This document shows, piece by piece, positions 15,788 through 28,937 of a stretch of DNA of 64,000 nucleotides. The translations under genes and the position numbers were made by a program. The stretch lies in contig NC_087245.1 of assembly GCF_037042905.1 (NCBI RefSeq), positions 32,676,001-32,740,000 on the forward strand. The letters are read 5' to 3'. The notes under the pieces were generated by a model that searched no databases, was not told the origin of the DNA, and saw only the letters and a list, made by a program, of their open reading frames with translations. This DNA is from Lytechinus pictus (lineage: Eukaryota). Each line of letters starts with the position of its first letter. Positions within the stretch are counted from its first letter, which is position 1.

Positions 15788-18700
15788 TTAGTCTTGCATT
15801 TCTCTCATCCTTGCTTCCCTTGTTTGGGTCTTGATGGTTGCAATCATCCGATTCTCAAAGCTTTCGTCGTCTATATGTGCACCCGTCAAGGCCTGCAAAA
15901 CGAGGGGTAAGCTCCTCTTATTGCAACACCGTATGGGAAGGACTTTTCCGGACAACGTGTCACGATTGTATGCCACTTGTAGAGCCATCTCCACCGTCAT
16001 ACACATTTCACCTTTTTTGTAGTTTATGCAGTCACTCTCTGTGATTATCAGGACCAGATGCGTTGAGGTACTTAGGATTTCTCCAATGGCAGCATGGACA
16101 GGGGCAGTTGCTGGAATGGTGTCGGAGCTTTTCAAAGTCCACCCATGCTGCTTGCACATTCTCTGGAATCTAGAACAAACATGAACAGAATTCCTATAAA
16201 TCAAAATTTCATTACAAAGTAATATATATGCTTAGTCTCCACTAAGTTAAGAAGACATTATTTCCCAAACCTGCCTCTTCTAAAAACATTTAGAATTTTT
16301 CATTGGAAAAGGACACAGACTTAATCCCCGAAATTAGTCTCAGTCCTTGCACAAGACTGTACAAATTTCCATAAACTCCACAACCAGTGAAGAGATAATT
16401 GGTGTATTAGGAAAAAAAAAATTCCCCAGGCTAGTAAGATGCATCCATATCTCTTAACAAACAAATACAGATATTAGGCATATTATATACATGTATATCT
16501 CACAAAGCTGACATTTCTCTGGCCTGTTAAAGAGATATGGTTGTCAGCTGTTATAGAGAGTAGTTAATAATTTGCTGACCAGAGCTTTGAAGAGACATTA
16601 GTGGACTTCACCTGATCATTGCCAAAAAAGAAAACACCCACGGAGAGTCGGATGAGGCAATGTATGTAATAATATTTGTTTGTCATAGAACTGAGTGGAT
16701 AAGCATCCAAACGATATCAAATTCCTTCAAGAAACCTGATAACAATAGTGCTTTCAGAGGAATTTTGAGAAAATGAGAGCCGGGTATATATCATATCTTT
16801 TCCTGTGCATTATCAACAATATCTGAAAGTTTTAGAGATAACAGTCTCTAAAAAATGATTGAAGTTTGACAAACATGCTGAAAGCACCCGTGGACACAGT
16901 TGGTATGTGAGCAATGGCAGTCTGCCTGGGGCAAACAGAGATTATGCCTTGGCATAAAACTTTCCAATACTTGCTGAATATCTTGCAGGTCTTCAGTCCA
17001 AGACCAATGTGAGTGCCAAGTCTTATGAGCATTGGGCGAAAACTGAGGAAGTAGTTTTGATCTGTAATTCGATACACACGATTAGCAACAGAAGGGCCAA
17101 CCCAACGGCCAACGATACCCCAAGTCAAGTATACCCCCTTCCCACTTTGTTTGGCAGGAGTATCTAGATACTCACTTCTCTGTGCCATCGCTTTTGCCAG
17201 TGTGGAAGAGAAAGACATCGTAGAATTCACTGTTGATGTTTCCTCGTCTTGTCTCTGTCTGGGGTATGGCATCGGAGATGGGACTGGACTCACTACCATG
17301 TAATAATGGCTCTGGCTCCGGCTCCCTTTGTCCAATTCCTGGTCAAAAATGGTGAGAAAATACAGGGAAATGAGCCAATCAGATGCCAATACCAGGGTTT
17401 CACAATAGTAAATACATGCATGGAAGTTGTGTCCACATTGTGACATCACTCATGTGGGCATTTTCACGGTAACTGACATTACACGGCACAATGTTTTCAC
17501 ACCTTTCATTGTGTGTATCTCTAAAACAACAAATGATGGGAGTTTGCATTTGATAGAGTTAATAAAGTGAACCTTGCTGTATACTCTGATACTAAGTTTT
17601 CCTATGTAACCACATTTTTTTACTCATCAGCAAGCAAAAATGTGTCGGTAACTGACATTATGCAAAAGGACATGCAATTTCAGGGTGTTCATTAAAATTG
17701 AAATATCCTATGTCCCTGAGTAGATAGAGTAATAATTTGAATATGTTAATATACCTCCATTACTAGATTAAGATGTGTCAAAATATTAAACAATTCGTTT
17801 TTGTCTTTTGGGGGCTATGATAATTTTTCCACAACCATGCTGGTAACTGACATTACACTTAAATTGCCATAGAGATAACACATGGAAGTCAAATGTGTGG
17901 AATCATTGCATTGTATCTTCTGTGCAGGGCTTCACATGAAAGTGAGCTTGATGTGGAAGTATACCCGAGTTTCTAGGAACATTTCAATGAAATTTTTTTC
18001 TTCTATTTCTTGATTTGAACATTTCTTTGATTTGAACATTTTTATCATTACCTGTCGGTAACTGACAATACACATTAACATTTACCAGTGCTATATGATT
18101 TTCAAAGGCATAGTTTTCTTGGTACTTATATGTAAGGCTTTTTAAAATCATAAAAGTTTCATAATACTTCACATTTTTAATTATCAAAGATAAGAAATGT
18201 ATGTTTTACTTACTCGGGGGGGGGGGGGTTATAGTGGCTACATGTTTTCCTATAGTAATTTAATATTGCATTGACTGTACACATGGATTTTTCTGACTAT
18301 ACACCCATAATATATTCATCAGTTTTATATTGACTTTTTAAACCTTTTCCTTCTCCAACCTCCCCCTCACCTCAAAAAAGGCAAAATGAATAAGGGTCTC
18401 CTACCCTAGGCTACACATACCCCTCCCCCGAATCTCATGCAGCCATGTAGTTTTATTGATTTCTATTCTGGTCAGTGCAAGCAATGCTTGTTCATATCTG
18501 TCGGATTTCAATTCTCTTCATAATTTGTTTAATAATTTTCTTTGCTAATTTCTTTTTTAAGCTGACAACAAAAAATAAACTCAAGCTTCTAAACTGAAAC
18601 CGAACTATTTGTAAATTAGACAAAAAACCTGTTTTAGTAGATCCATGCAACATTGATCAGAACTGTCAAATTTCACTGTTCATCTATACTTGTAAACCAA

Positions 18701-21700
18701 AAACAAAATTGTATCACACATCCACACTACTAACAGGTATAAAAACCAGGAATTTACTTTTAGCGAGGCAATGCTCAAAAGAATCCAAGAAACTAAAAAA
18801 GGGACCCTGGAAATCCCCTTCATCACAATGTTAAGCTTAAAAAATGTTGCAGATTTAGGCAATAGGTTGGGAAAAGTACCCCCTACCCCCCCCCCCGAAA
18901 ACCAAACAAAAAATTGTCTGATACAAACAATTAGGTACTTGGTAAGTGCATGTACAAAACAATTTCATAGTAATTTTTTTTGCACGATGGGAATGCAACT
19001 TCCTTCATAATTTCATATAGTATTCCTTGTGAACTATACCTTTTAAAAGTCAATAGCAAGCTCCTTCTGGTGTGACTTTTAAAGTGAAAGACTTAAATAA
19101 CAAGTATACAATATTTCTTCACCATAAAATTGACCACATATTTGCATTTCAATATTGGTAACCAACGTTTTATCATGGTAACTGACATTACATCTCGGTA
19201 ACTGACATTACATATATTTAATGGTACCCTATGGCTTCATTGTTAATTGGTAATCTTTAATTTTGGTGTAGAAGGGAGGGGTGTTACCTAGAGAGGAAAT
19301 CTACCAAGTTTCATATAATATATCCTCTTTTCCAGGAAATGAGAAAAAAAGTTCATGTTTTCGGTAACTGACATTACATACCATATCACATACTTCATCA
19401 ATGTTTTTTTTATCAGATGAATGAATTACTGGTGTTTCTTTCTGTGGGATTTTAAAAAGTGTTATAATAGCAAGCTAAATCACAGGCGAAAAAAATCATG
19501 ATCAAACCTGTTCTTTAAAACCTGTCAAAACAAAATATGTATCAATATACTATTTTCAACACTAATTTGTATCCATACTTTGGCAGCCATTTTGAAATAA
19601 AAAATGGAAAAAAATTTTGTCTCAGAAACTTCAGGTCTTGTTTTATTAAAAGACATAAAGCATTTGACATGAATATCAACTTGATTTTTTTGCCTCTGTG
19701 TCCATCTGTGGTGAAAATGCCCATTTGTGTTTATACTGAGAGAGTGGTTGACAACAGTGCGCTCAAAACCACACATTTCTCTTTTAAAATGATGACAAAC
19801 CTCATTGAAACACATAGATCTTTGTTGTAATTGTAAAATCTTTTTCTTATTTTTTCCTACACTTGGTATTCATCGTTCAGTTAGATATTTAATACATTTC
19901 TAAATTCTCTGTATGCTATCAAGGAAAGCGATGCCAACCCAGAAGGAAAAGAGGGTCTTTCATGATATAAAATGGGTGATTTCAAGTCTGGTGTTGTTCA
20001 TCTATCAAATGAAAATCTACAATTCTGTAATTGTTTTGTAATACTCCCATCCCCTTTCCCAAGCTAACTAGGGGCAGTGACATCAAGTGAGCATTTTACA
20101 GGAACACAAACAAATTTGCAAACTTACTATTCCTTAGCCAGGATGCAGCAGACCTCTGATCAGCTTTAGTCAGTACCTCCAGCAACTGTTTGAACAACTG
20201 TGAACCTGACACTTTTGAGAACAGCTGGAAAACCTTGTAAAACTGCAATACAACTGAACTCGGATAGCCAAATTCAATTTGCGCAACCTCATTTTCCCTG
20301 ATTCGTAGTGGGAGTGCCAATTTCCTGAGGTCACAGGTTCCAGCGAGTTGATCTGCTAATTCATGGAGTATCAAATCTTTATCTCCTTCAAGGTCTGGTG
20401 CTTGTCTGCAGAAAATGAACAAGAAAAATGATACATGGAGTTAAAAGTTGTGTGTCAAACTCTCATTAGTTTATCTGACTTAAATTGCATATTATTATTA
20501 TAATCAGTATTTTTATTATCATAATTATAATTATTTGTAGTAGTAGTAGTAGTAGCAGTATAATTATTATGATGATCATTACTATTACTATTATTACTAT
20601 CATTATTATTATGATTATAATTATCATTATTATTATTACCGTATTGTTATTATCATTATCATTATTATCATTCTTGTTATTATCATAATTATTATCAATA
20701 TTATTATCATTATCATTATTATTATAATTATTATTATTATTATTAGTAGTAGTAGTAGTAGTATTAGTATCATTATTATTATTATTATTATTGTATACAA
20801 GCTAATCCATCAAAAATTCCTCAAATTAAATGACAAACTCTCGCATGATATCCATGACCTTGACCTTGCGACCCAAAAATCAAATAAGGGCCTCGTCTTA
20901 CAAATGTCAACTGTATGTATTCTACAGAATCAATGTTTGGGGAACTGCGGTTATACAAGGCCTTTTGGCTTTATTTATTTATTCAGTACCCCATTTCACT
21001 TTCATTGTTATTTTTGCTTGTTAATACTTTCTCATATTTTGTATTATGTATATTTTTAATCAAGAATTAAATAAATGCGATTAAGAGAGCAAAAACGCAA
21101 CTGATGGACAGACAGATAATGAACTGAAACATAATGCCTTATCACTATCTCCTGTTGCATAAAATACTTACTGAGCGGCGATCTCTTTAGCTCCTTGACT
21201 TTCCGTAGTTTGGGATTTATTTCTAGGAATAGCACCTGAACCAGAAGCAGCTGTAGCACCAGTCTCCTGCATACATGATTGCTGCTGTACAGGTGGATTG
21301 GCTTGCGGCATTGCTGACACCCTTGCTCTAGGTTTGCTTGAAGGCACTGCATCCACACTATCCTCTGATTTGTCCATCTCAAGACCTTCATTTTGAAATA
21401 AACATTTGAAATCTACATCAATCAACTATCAAAGAATATAAACATGTGATATAACAGTGCACTGCAGTGACAAATGTGTGTTTTTGTTGCAACAAGTTGC
21501 AGCAGTGATCATCTTACACATTAAATCATGAGTCAATTTGTTTTTGTTCTTGGAGGAAAAAAATTGAATAAATATAATTTCATATAGTACAATAAAAAAG
21601 AATAAGTTGGGATATGACATCATCAGTTTGCTCGTTGTATATTCATGAAGACACGCATAGAACTAGCTGTTTCACCAAAATAATGCAAAACATTAAAATG

Positions 21701-22995
21701 TCATAGCTTTTTAACCTTTTTTATTCCTTATTCGATTGTGATGAAACGTTAAATGCTTTGTTTGTCCGATTTTACTTTGTCTGTTCAAATAATATTACTT
21801 TCAGTCTTGAGTATCACTTCAAATGCTTTGTTTGTGATCAAACCCTGATGACCATGATTTCAACATTGGCTGATCTGTGAAACATTTCCCTCACAGAGCA
21901 AGTAGCATTTCACAAGAACTATTCTAAAACTGAGCATATTATATCGCTCCAGACTATTAGCTCACATTTTTGGTCATCTGTCTTGGGCATTTCATTTTGT
22001 GTAGTAGGGGCTACTTGAACCACACCCTTTAAAGTGTGTCCTGGCATAACTACATCTGGTACTGATGCTGGCTTGCTGGGACAGGAGTCAGGGGTGTCCA
22101 CTCCAGGTTGATCTGCAATGTTTCCATATACAGGATTGGAAAATGATTTAATAATCATAATATATTTAGGTAAAAACATTTATATCACAAAATAATTCAA
22201 TGTTTATAAGCACTGTATACTATTATCCCTATTAACCTGATTGTTCTTGAGCATTCAAGGAATTTGTGCACTTCATAATATATGCACCAGCAACATTCGT
22301 TATCAACAGACTATGCTTGTGGGTTGACCACTTTTTCCTAGGACATTAAAAATGGCATATGCGGCAAGTGAAAATTGACAAATGAAAATATATAACTGAA
22401 CAAAGAATCCTAATGAAGAATTATTATTAATCAGTAGAACTACGGTATAACTGAGATACCAGATAAATATTGTTTTAATGGAGATTTGGTAAATGAAACA
22501 GGTGCTGCAAGCAATGCATTGAGTCGAGTACACTGAAGTCAATCAGTCTTTCAGGATTAACGCGAAGGAGCAACGTCACAGTAAGGGCGTCATTTGCATG
22601 CATGTATGATAACAAACACAAAAGTTCTTCTTACATGTACCAAGTACCCATTTATTTCACCTGGGTAGAGAGTAGCAAATGTAGATATAACTATGGGTAT
22701 GGTGCCTGGAAAACATTGAATATTTTTTTGTTCCTCTTTTAGATAGTTCACACTATTTCATCGAAAATTGTTCAGGGTGTTATAAAAGCTAGGAAGAGAA
22801 AGCATACCTCTTATTCAATCAAAAGCAAGTTTTGCTACATTTGGCTAAATTGATTCAACCTTTCAATTCTTCTTTAAACAATTCAACTTTACCTGTCTCC
22901 ATTTTGATGCTCTTGGATGGTAGCATGTTCTGTTTACCCTTTGCTGATTGGTCACTCAAATTCAGCTTTTGAAAGTCACTTTCAATGGTAGTCAT
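15788..22995 (-). CDS. Death domain + TIR domain protein (MyD88-like adaptor) with ~160-aa low-complexity N-terminus, ~428-437 aa
   Basis: Exons 22995-22893, 22112-21966, 21385(or 21412)-21172, 20405-20128 (death fold: LILHELADQLAGTCDLRKLALPLRIRENEVAQIE...LLEVLTKADQRSAASWL), 17338-17176 (TIR box 1 FYDVFLFH) and 16169-15788 (DTIPA BB-loop, LVLIITES, KVLPI, LPLVL). All phases are compatible and an in-frame stop precedes the ATG. Confidence 0.8.
17456..19722. mobile_element. Non-autonomous TIR element with repeated GGTAACTGACATTAC motifs (possibly Sola-like)
   Basis: gggcattttcac ... gtgaaaatgccc inverted ends; ~7 direct copies of ggtaactgaca(tt)a; 4-bp flanks atgt/attt. Confidence 0.6.
20490..20792. 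repeat. (ATT/ATC/AGT)n microsatellite
   Basis: Directly visible. Confidence 0.95.
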
Positions 22996-23640
22996 GCTGG
23001 ATGACGGCTTGGATGAGGGTCAAACTAGGATCTAGGAAACAAAAGAATAAGTGCTAACAAGTGCTATTCAAGCACTGTACAAATCTACAGTCATGAACAA
23101 ATGCCGTGTACATATTATTATCCCATGCACAACAAGGCAGCTCGTTTTCATTTAGAAGAAAATGAAAGGGGGACCAGTAACGTCACACATATCCGTAAAG
23201 TTTTGCTCCAGTTATGACAAAATCTAAGATTCTTTGCACATGGAATTGCAAAAGATCAGAAAAATTACTGAAAAATGATGTCCTTTTTTTTATTGTGTGG
23301 TCCCATGTGTTTACTTGGGGTTAGCAAGCCTGAAATAGTTTAGATCTAATTACATTTTGTTGTTGACATCTATACCAGTACGCATACTGGCAAATGATAA
23401 TGATAAACACTTTGGGATTGCTTCCAAACATTTCTTTTTCAAAATAAGATTTATATACCAGAAGTAAAGTAATGAGTATAGATTCAGATTCAGATTGATG
23501 TATTGGTCCATGCATAATAAAACTACAGAAATTTGTCCTCCACTGGCAGGGTACATACAATAAACACTAAAGATGTATAAATTGGGAAATATTTAAACAT
23601 TAAAGGAATATAAATAAACATATATTGCAATTCAAAATGA

Positions 23641-24905
23641 AACAAGTGGAACGCCTCTGGCAGTCTCGCCTGCATTACGCGATGTAATAGCAGCAGTGCT
23701 AACTTTGAAAACTACTATAAAATAATCATTTACAAAAACACCATTCATATAATGACATAATACCACGTTCATTGACCATAGATGACATTTGAACGGTGAC
23801 TTAAGACTTGTCAACTACACCCATGTCCACATTTCATTCACTCTATCCATAAACTTTCAAAGTTATGATGGCAATTCAACAATTACCCCAACATGGCCAA
23901 AGTTGCATATGGTGCGCGAGCTTTCTCTGCCTCAGCACCTTCTCTCTGGAATAATTTGCCCATATATTTAAGAATGGTACCATCACTGGAGACCTTCAAA
24001 TCTAAACTGAAGTCTTATCTTCTCTAACAGTATTAGTTATTGGCACTCATCCAAACTTTCTTTCTTTCTTTTCTTGTGCGCCTCGGAATAGAATATTTTT
24101 AGATAGATGGCGCTATATAAATGCCTATTATTATTATTATTATTGACCTTAAATGACCTTTGACCATGGTCATGTGACCTGAAACTCGTACAGGATGTTC
24201 AGTGATACTCAATTACTCTTATGTCCAAGTTTTATGAACTAGATCCATAAACCTTCAGAGTTAGGATGGTAATTTAACAAAGACCCCCAACACGGCCAAA
24301 GTTCATTGACCTTAAATGACCATTGACCATGGTCATGTGACCTGAAACTCGCACAGGATATTCAGTGGTACTTGATTAACCTAATGTCCAAGTTTCATGA
24401 ACTAGATCCATAAATTTTCAAAGTTATGATAGTAATTCAACAAATACCCCCAACTTGACCAAAGTTCATTGACCCTAAATGACCTTTAACCTTGGTCATG
24501 TGACCTGAAACTCGAGCAGGATGTTCACTAATACTTGATTAACCTTATGCCTAAGTTTCATGAACTAGGTCCATATACTTTCTAAGTTATGATGTCATTT
24601 CAAAAACTTAACCTTCGGTTAAGATTTTGAAAATAATTCTCCCAACATGGTCTAAGTTCATTGACCCTAAATGACCTTTGACCTTAATCATGTGACCTAA
24701 AACTCAGGCAGGATGTTCAGTAATACTTGATTAACCTTATGTCCAAGTTTCATGAACTAGGTCCATATACTTTCTAAGTTATGATGTCATTTCAAAAACT
24801 TAACCTTAGGTTAAGATTTGATGTTGACGCCATCGCCACCGTCGCCATCGCCGTCGGAAAAGCGGCGCCTATAGTCTCGCTCTGCTATGCAGGCGAGACA
24901 AAAAA
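23641..24905 (+). mobile_element. Helentron-associated (HINE/pearl/Tsp-like) element with internal ~125-bp tandem repeats, interrupted by a LINE 3' fragment (~23905-24143)
   Basis: 5' aacaag + gtctcgcctgcat, tandem aaagttcattgacc...tgacctgaaact units, GCC-rich microsatellite, 3' atgcaggcgagac + A-run. Second copy at 44607-45565. Confidence 0.75.
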
Positions 24906-26130
24906 TGACAAATCAATAACTCATACAGGCAAGGAATAAAAAAAAACAGATGGAGAGAGATACAGCTGAAAGTCATCTGAAGAGAAAGGATGGAAGTGAC
25001 CATGTAAAAGCAAAAGAAAAAAGTCAACTGGATAGATAAATAATGTAGAGACAGAAAGTGGGCAAAGTAAAGGAAGGGAAGTGAGAAAAAGGAGAAAGGG
25101 AGAGAGAGGGATGAGAGAGTGACAGAGGGGGAGCTAAAGGGAGTGAGAAAATATAGTACCAAAACTCAAACATAGCTTTAATCACTAGACCACAAGCAAT
25201 TATGGTGAAATCAAGCATTATCCAAAAAAAAGGTTTGATTGATCAAAAGTTAATAACAGAAGACCGTGTCACAAGAAAGTGCCAAAATTTTTCAATATTT
25301 ACAGTTGGATAGTGTTCTGTTGCATTCATAAACAAGATGCTTAAATTTTATCCCCATCAAGCCCTGTGAGTTTGTGCACTTTCTCATAAACCTTGAGGTG
25401 ACTTACTTGTGATCTTTTGTTCCTTTTTTGTTTTTGTTTTTGTTTTTCGGCAGCTCAAAAAAAAGGAAAAGTTAGACCTCCATGCCGCGTTCGTTCGTTC
25501 ACGGTATTGATCAGCCATTTTGTTTTCAATATTGAAAGTAGAACGAACGAGACAGAACTTTTCCTTTTTTTTGAGCTTATTTTGAGGGTCCAGTTTGTGC
25601 CTCGATGTCACTGTCAGTATCTGTGTCACGATAGACCTTCATCCATATAATCGAGGTGATAAATACTACACAGACGAGTCCTGGGCTCCCTGGGTTATGT
25701 TAGATCTAAATTTTACACACAAAAAATGTCCTGGAGGCTGGAACGAGACCAGTTGAAACAGGACATTATTTTTAGCATCGAGCCTTTCGAGAATATTAAT
25801 CAGCCCATGCACACTATAGGATTTATCCCTTGCCACTCATGTTCTGTAGCTGAATCTGTGGAGAGTAAGCTCACGTTTGTGACTTTTAGTTTTATTCTTT
25901 ATTTAGGAGTCCCAACCTCGCAATACGTGTGAGTGCCCGCCCGGCTCCCAGGGGCATGGCACGCGAACGGCTAAAGTGCCCAGCGCCGTCCGGGGAGGAC
26001 TCGGCGGTGGGGACGGCCGACGGGTACATCTACCGGTACTGTAAGTTCCCGGTGTAGTTACTGTGCCGTGACTGAAGATACGCACTATAAATAAATACCC
26101 AAACTTAAGATTATACCTTACCGCCCTATC

Positions 26131-26282
26131 TGACTCAGCTCAGCTCAGAAAGCAGTACGGTCCAAAACTATGATGACAGAACAGAACAAGAAGCCAAACT
26201 ACAGAGATTCTTCTCTTCCAATATCTCGATTTGATCCGCTCACACTTTTTGCGAACGGGAATTCCCCGACGGAACACGTCAC
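26131..26282. promoter_or_regulatory. Candidate promoter motif cluster of the DD-TIR gene: NF-kB GGGAATTCCCC (26257-26267), AP-1 TGACTCA (26131-26137), CRE-like CACGTCA
   Basis: Exact motif matches next to a minus-strand GTAAG donor at ~26121 and a CpG-rich patch at 25930-26080. Confidence 0.5.
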
Positions 26283-26841
26283 ATATCTAAAGTAAAAGTC
26301 TTGCAGAGCAGTAGAAATGTAGTCTGCAGACACAGACCCTTGGTTTTTGCAAATCGCATAGTACTTCGTACACTAGTAGTCGATCGATGATGCATAGTCT
26401 GAAGTAGTGAGACTAGATTCACTATGTACCGTGACTGGTTCAATTTAACACAGACAGAGCCTCTGACATCTCGTATTCACTTTGGACATGGCATGATTGG
26501 TTATAAGTGTAAAAAATGAGTATATTTCCTGCAGAAACTGGCTACAGACAAGGCAACAAAATTTTCTGAAAAGCTGTGTGACCAGTTGATTTCCTTTTCT
26601 TGGTCGTGAATATTTTTCGGGGGTATGTTCCAATACATGCACTGACGTATATAGAGGCGGGTGCATGGGAGGAGGGGCGGACTGGGGCCATACTTGGATC
26701 CCCAGGGAAAATAGATAAAAAAAGACTCGGGAAAAAGAATGGCAAGTGTGAGATATACAATTTTCAGAATATCATGTAAAAATCTATTTAAAAAAATAAT
26801 GAATTGCTGTTTTGAAAGTTAACTTTTTGCTTGCTGCTCAC

Positions 26842-27413
26842 CCCGGGGGGCCACTTCCATTGACGAGTGGATACCATGCCATGGGGTCTCGAAAAGCACC
26901 ATAAACACGTATTTTCTATATTCTGAAAATGCACCCCTTAACAAGTATTGGCGTGTGAAACCCTACCCTTAACAAGTATTGGAAACAAAACGATACTGTT
27001 GACAAGTATTCCCTGAAATGAACCCCTAAACAAGTACAGGAATATTTTATTGTTATGTCACGGATCCTTCGGTCGTCGGTTTTACCTTTACACATCATTT
27101 GGTTTAGTACGAGTGTACGACCCCACCTTCCACACCTCGAGCAAGTCGGACTCTAAACGCGTAGTGTTGCATGGCATCATGACATCCATTATCATTATAA
27201 AACATTTTAATTTTGTTTTATCATCCCCGCAAATTTGACCCTAAACACGTAACTTTCCTAGCAAAATAGATACCCTTTTTTCATTATTTTTGTGTTTTTG
27301 ACACCCTTATCACGTTACGTACGTAACGTGCCCTATCTTGAAAAAGACATCCTATTTACGTGTTTTTTTGGTCGCGCATGGTATCCACTCGTCAATGTAA
27401 GTGGCCCCCCGGG
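26842..27413. mobile_element. MITE with CCCGGGGG termini and 8-bp TSD
   Basis: TIRs cccggggggccacttccattgacgagtggataccatg / catggtatccactcgtcaatgtaagtggccccccggg; flanks ctgctcac / ttgctcac (1 mismatch). Confidence 0.85.
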
Positions 27414-28699
27414 TTGCTCACTTTGATCATTTGCAGCTTTATATATACTCTTCAAGTTCCCATACGCCATGTCTGCCCCTTTCAAAATGTTGGCTCATAA
27501 CGCTACATAGGCCCACTGGGGGTCCATCATAATGCCCCAAGGCCACCCCCCCCCCACGACCCATCTATTCGCCAGTAGAAAGGAGGCATCTATGGGAGGT
27601 GATGGAAGTTACATGAATTAATCATGAAGGCTATTTGGGGAACGTTATTTTTAATGGAAATTAATTTTTGAGGTGCATTATTTTGTTACAAATAACAGTT
27701 AACACAAGACGCTATCAAAATCATGTCAGGACAGTTTCAAGGGAGTAGTGAGAAACAAAAAAAGAAGAGGAGATCAGTGGCGTAACAGGCGGGGGAGGGG
27801 GGCAGGGGGGCAAGCTGCCCCCCCCCCCCTGGCGGTTTTCACCGGGGAAAATTAAAAAAAACGGGGAAAAAGAAAAGGGAGGGTGACAAAAAGGGAAGGG
27901 AAAGGAAAGGAAAAAGGAAAGGAAGAAAAGGAAATGGAAAAGTGAAAAGAAAACGAAGCGATTTTTTTTTAAATGGAAAAGGAATAAGGAAAGCGGGAAA
28001 AGGAACGAAAGAAGAACATTTGAGAAAGAACAAATCATTCCGAAATAGGCATATGTAATGCAATAGCATGATGGGAAATAAATTAAAAGATGACAAAATG
28101 GCAAACAATAGCGGGAAATGAAACTAAGAATGGAATTGGTCAAAAGCTAAATTGGAAAACAAAGAAAAGTGACAAGAAAAAAAACCTTAATAACACGACC
28201 GGGCTGCCGAGGATTGAAAATAAAGAGCGGGAAGAAAGATGAACTGCATACAAAATTGTGCTATAAGCTTGCTAAATTAGCTACCGTGGCTTTGCCCCAG
28301 ACCACACGCAGTAGGAGTTCTTCATCTATAACTTTCAAATGGCTCTATAATGCCCCCCCCCCCCCCCCCTGTAGGCTGTAGGGACCCTTCATTCATTAAG
28401 CTTTACGTTCAATCACTGGCGTACGTACAGGCGCGGGGGTCTTGGTTCCACACCCAAGAGAAAATAAAGAAATTATAGGAAACAATTTACGTATAATGAA
28501 ATGAATGGAAACAATGAAATGTGTTATTTGCATGTTGAATATAATGGAAAAATCTATCACAGAATTTATTTTTCATTGGGCAATTTTTTTTCCAGCTCGC
28601 TTTGCTCGCTGGCGACTTTTTACCAATTTTCCCACATTGCTATGTTTTGCCCCCTCAAAATATTCAACTGGGTTGAATAAATGTGTTGTGAAAAAGCTA

Positions 28700-28937
28700 C
28701 ACTGCAAAAACTCTGGTGTTGATTTAACAGTCCGGAATATATATATATATGTCTACACCAGAGAAGTGTTAAACAAGTATCGTTTTGGTCTAACACCAGA
28801 TAGGTGTTTGTACGACACCAATTAGTATTAAAACAGCATCGGTTTGATTCCAAACTGGTGTTGTTTCAATACTTCTCTGGTGTGGACACATATAGATTCC
28901 GGGCTGGTGTTAAATCAACACCGGAGTTTTTGCAGTG
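28700..28937. mobile_element. Short CACTG-terminus TIR element with TA flanks
   Basis: ta-cactgcaaaaactctggtgttgatttaaca ... tgttaaatcaacaccggagtttttgcagtg-ta. Confidence 0.85.

Noticed and set aside
16832..17449. 205-aa ORF from the track
   Set aside because: The real exon (17338-17176) is in another frame and carries TIR box 1; the rest is intronic read-through.
22005..22035. GVVQVAP as a RHIM motif in the DD-TIR protein
   Set aside because: Lacks the Gly of the (I/V)Q(I/V)G core and the usual flanking Asn/hydrophobic pattern.
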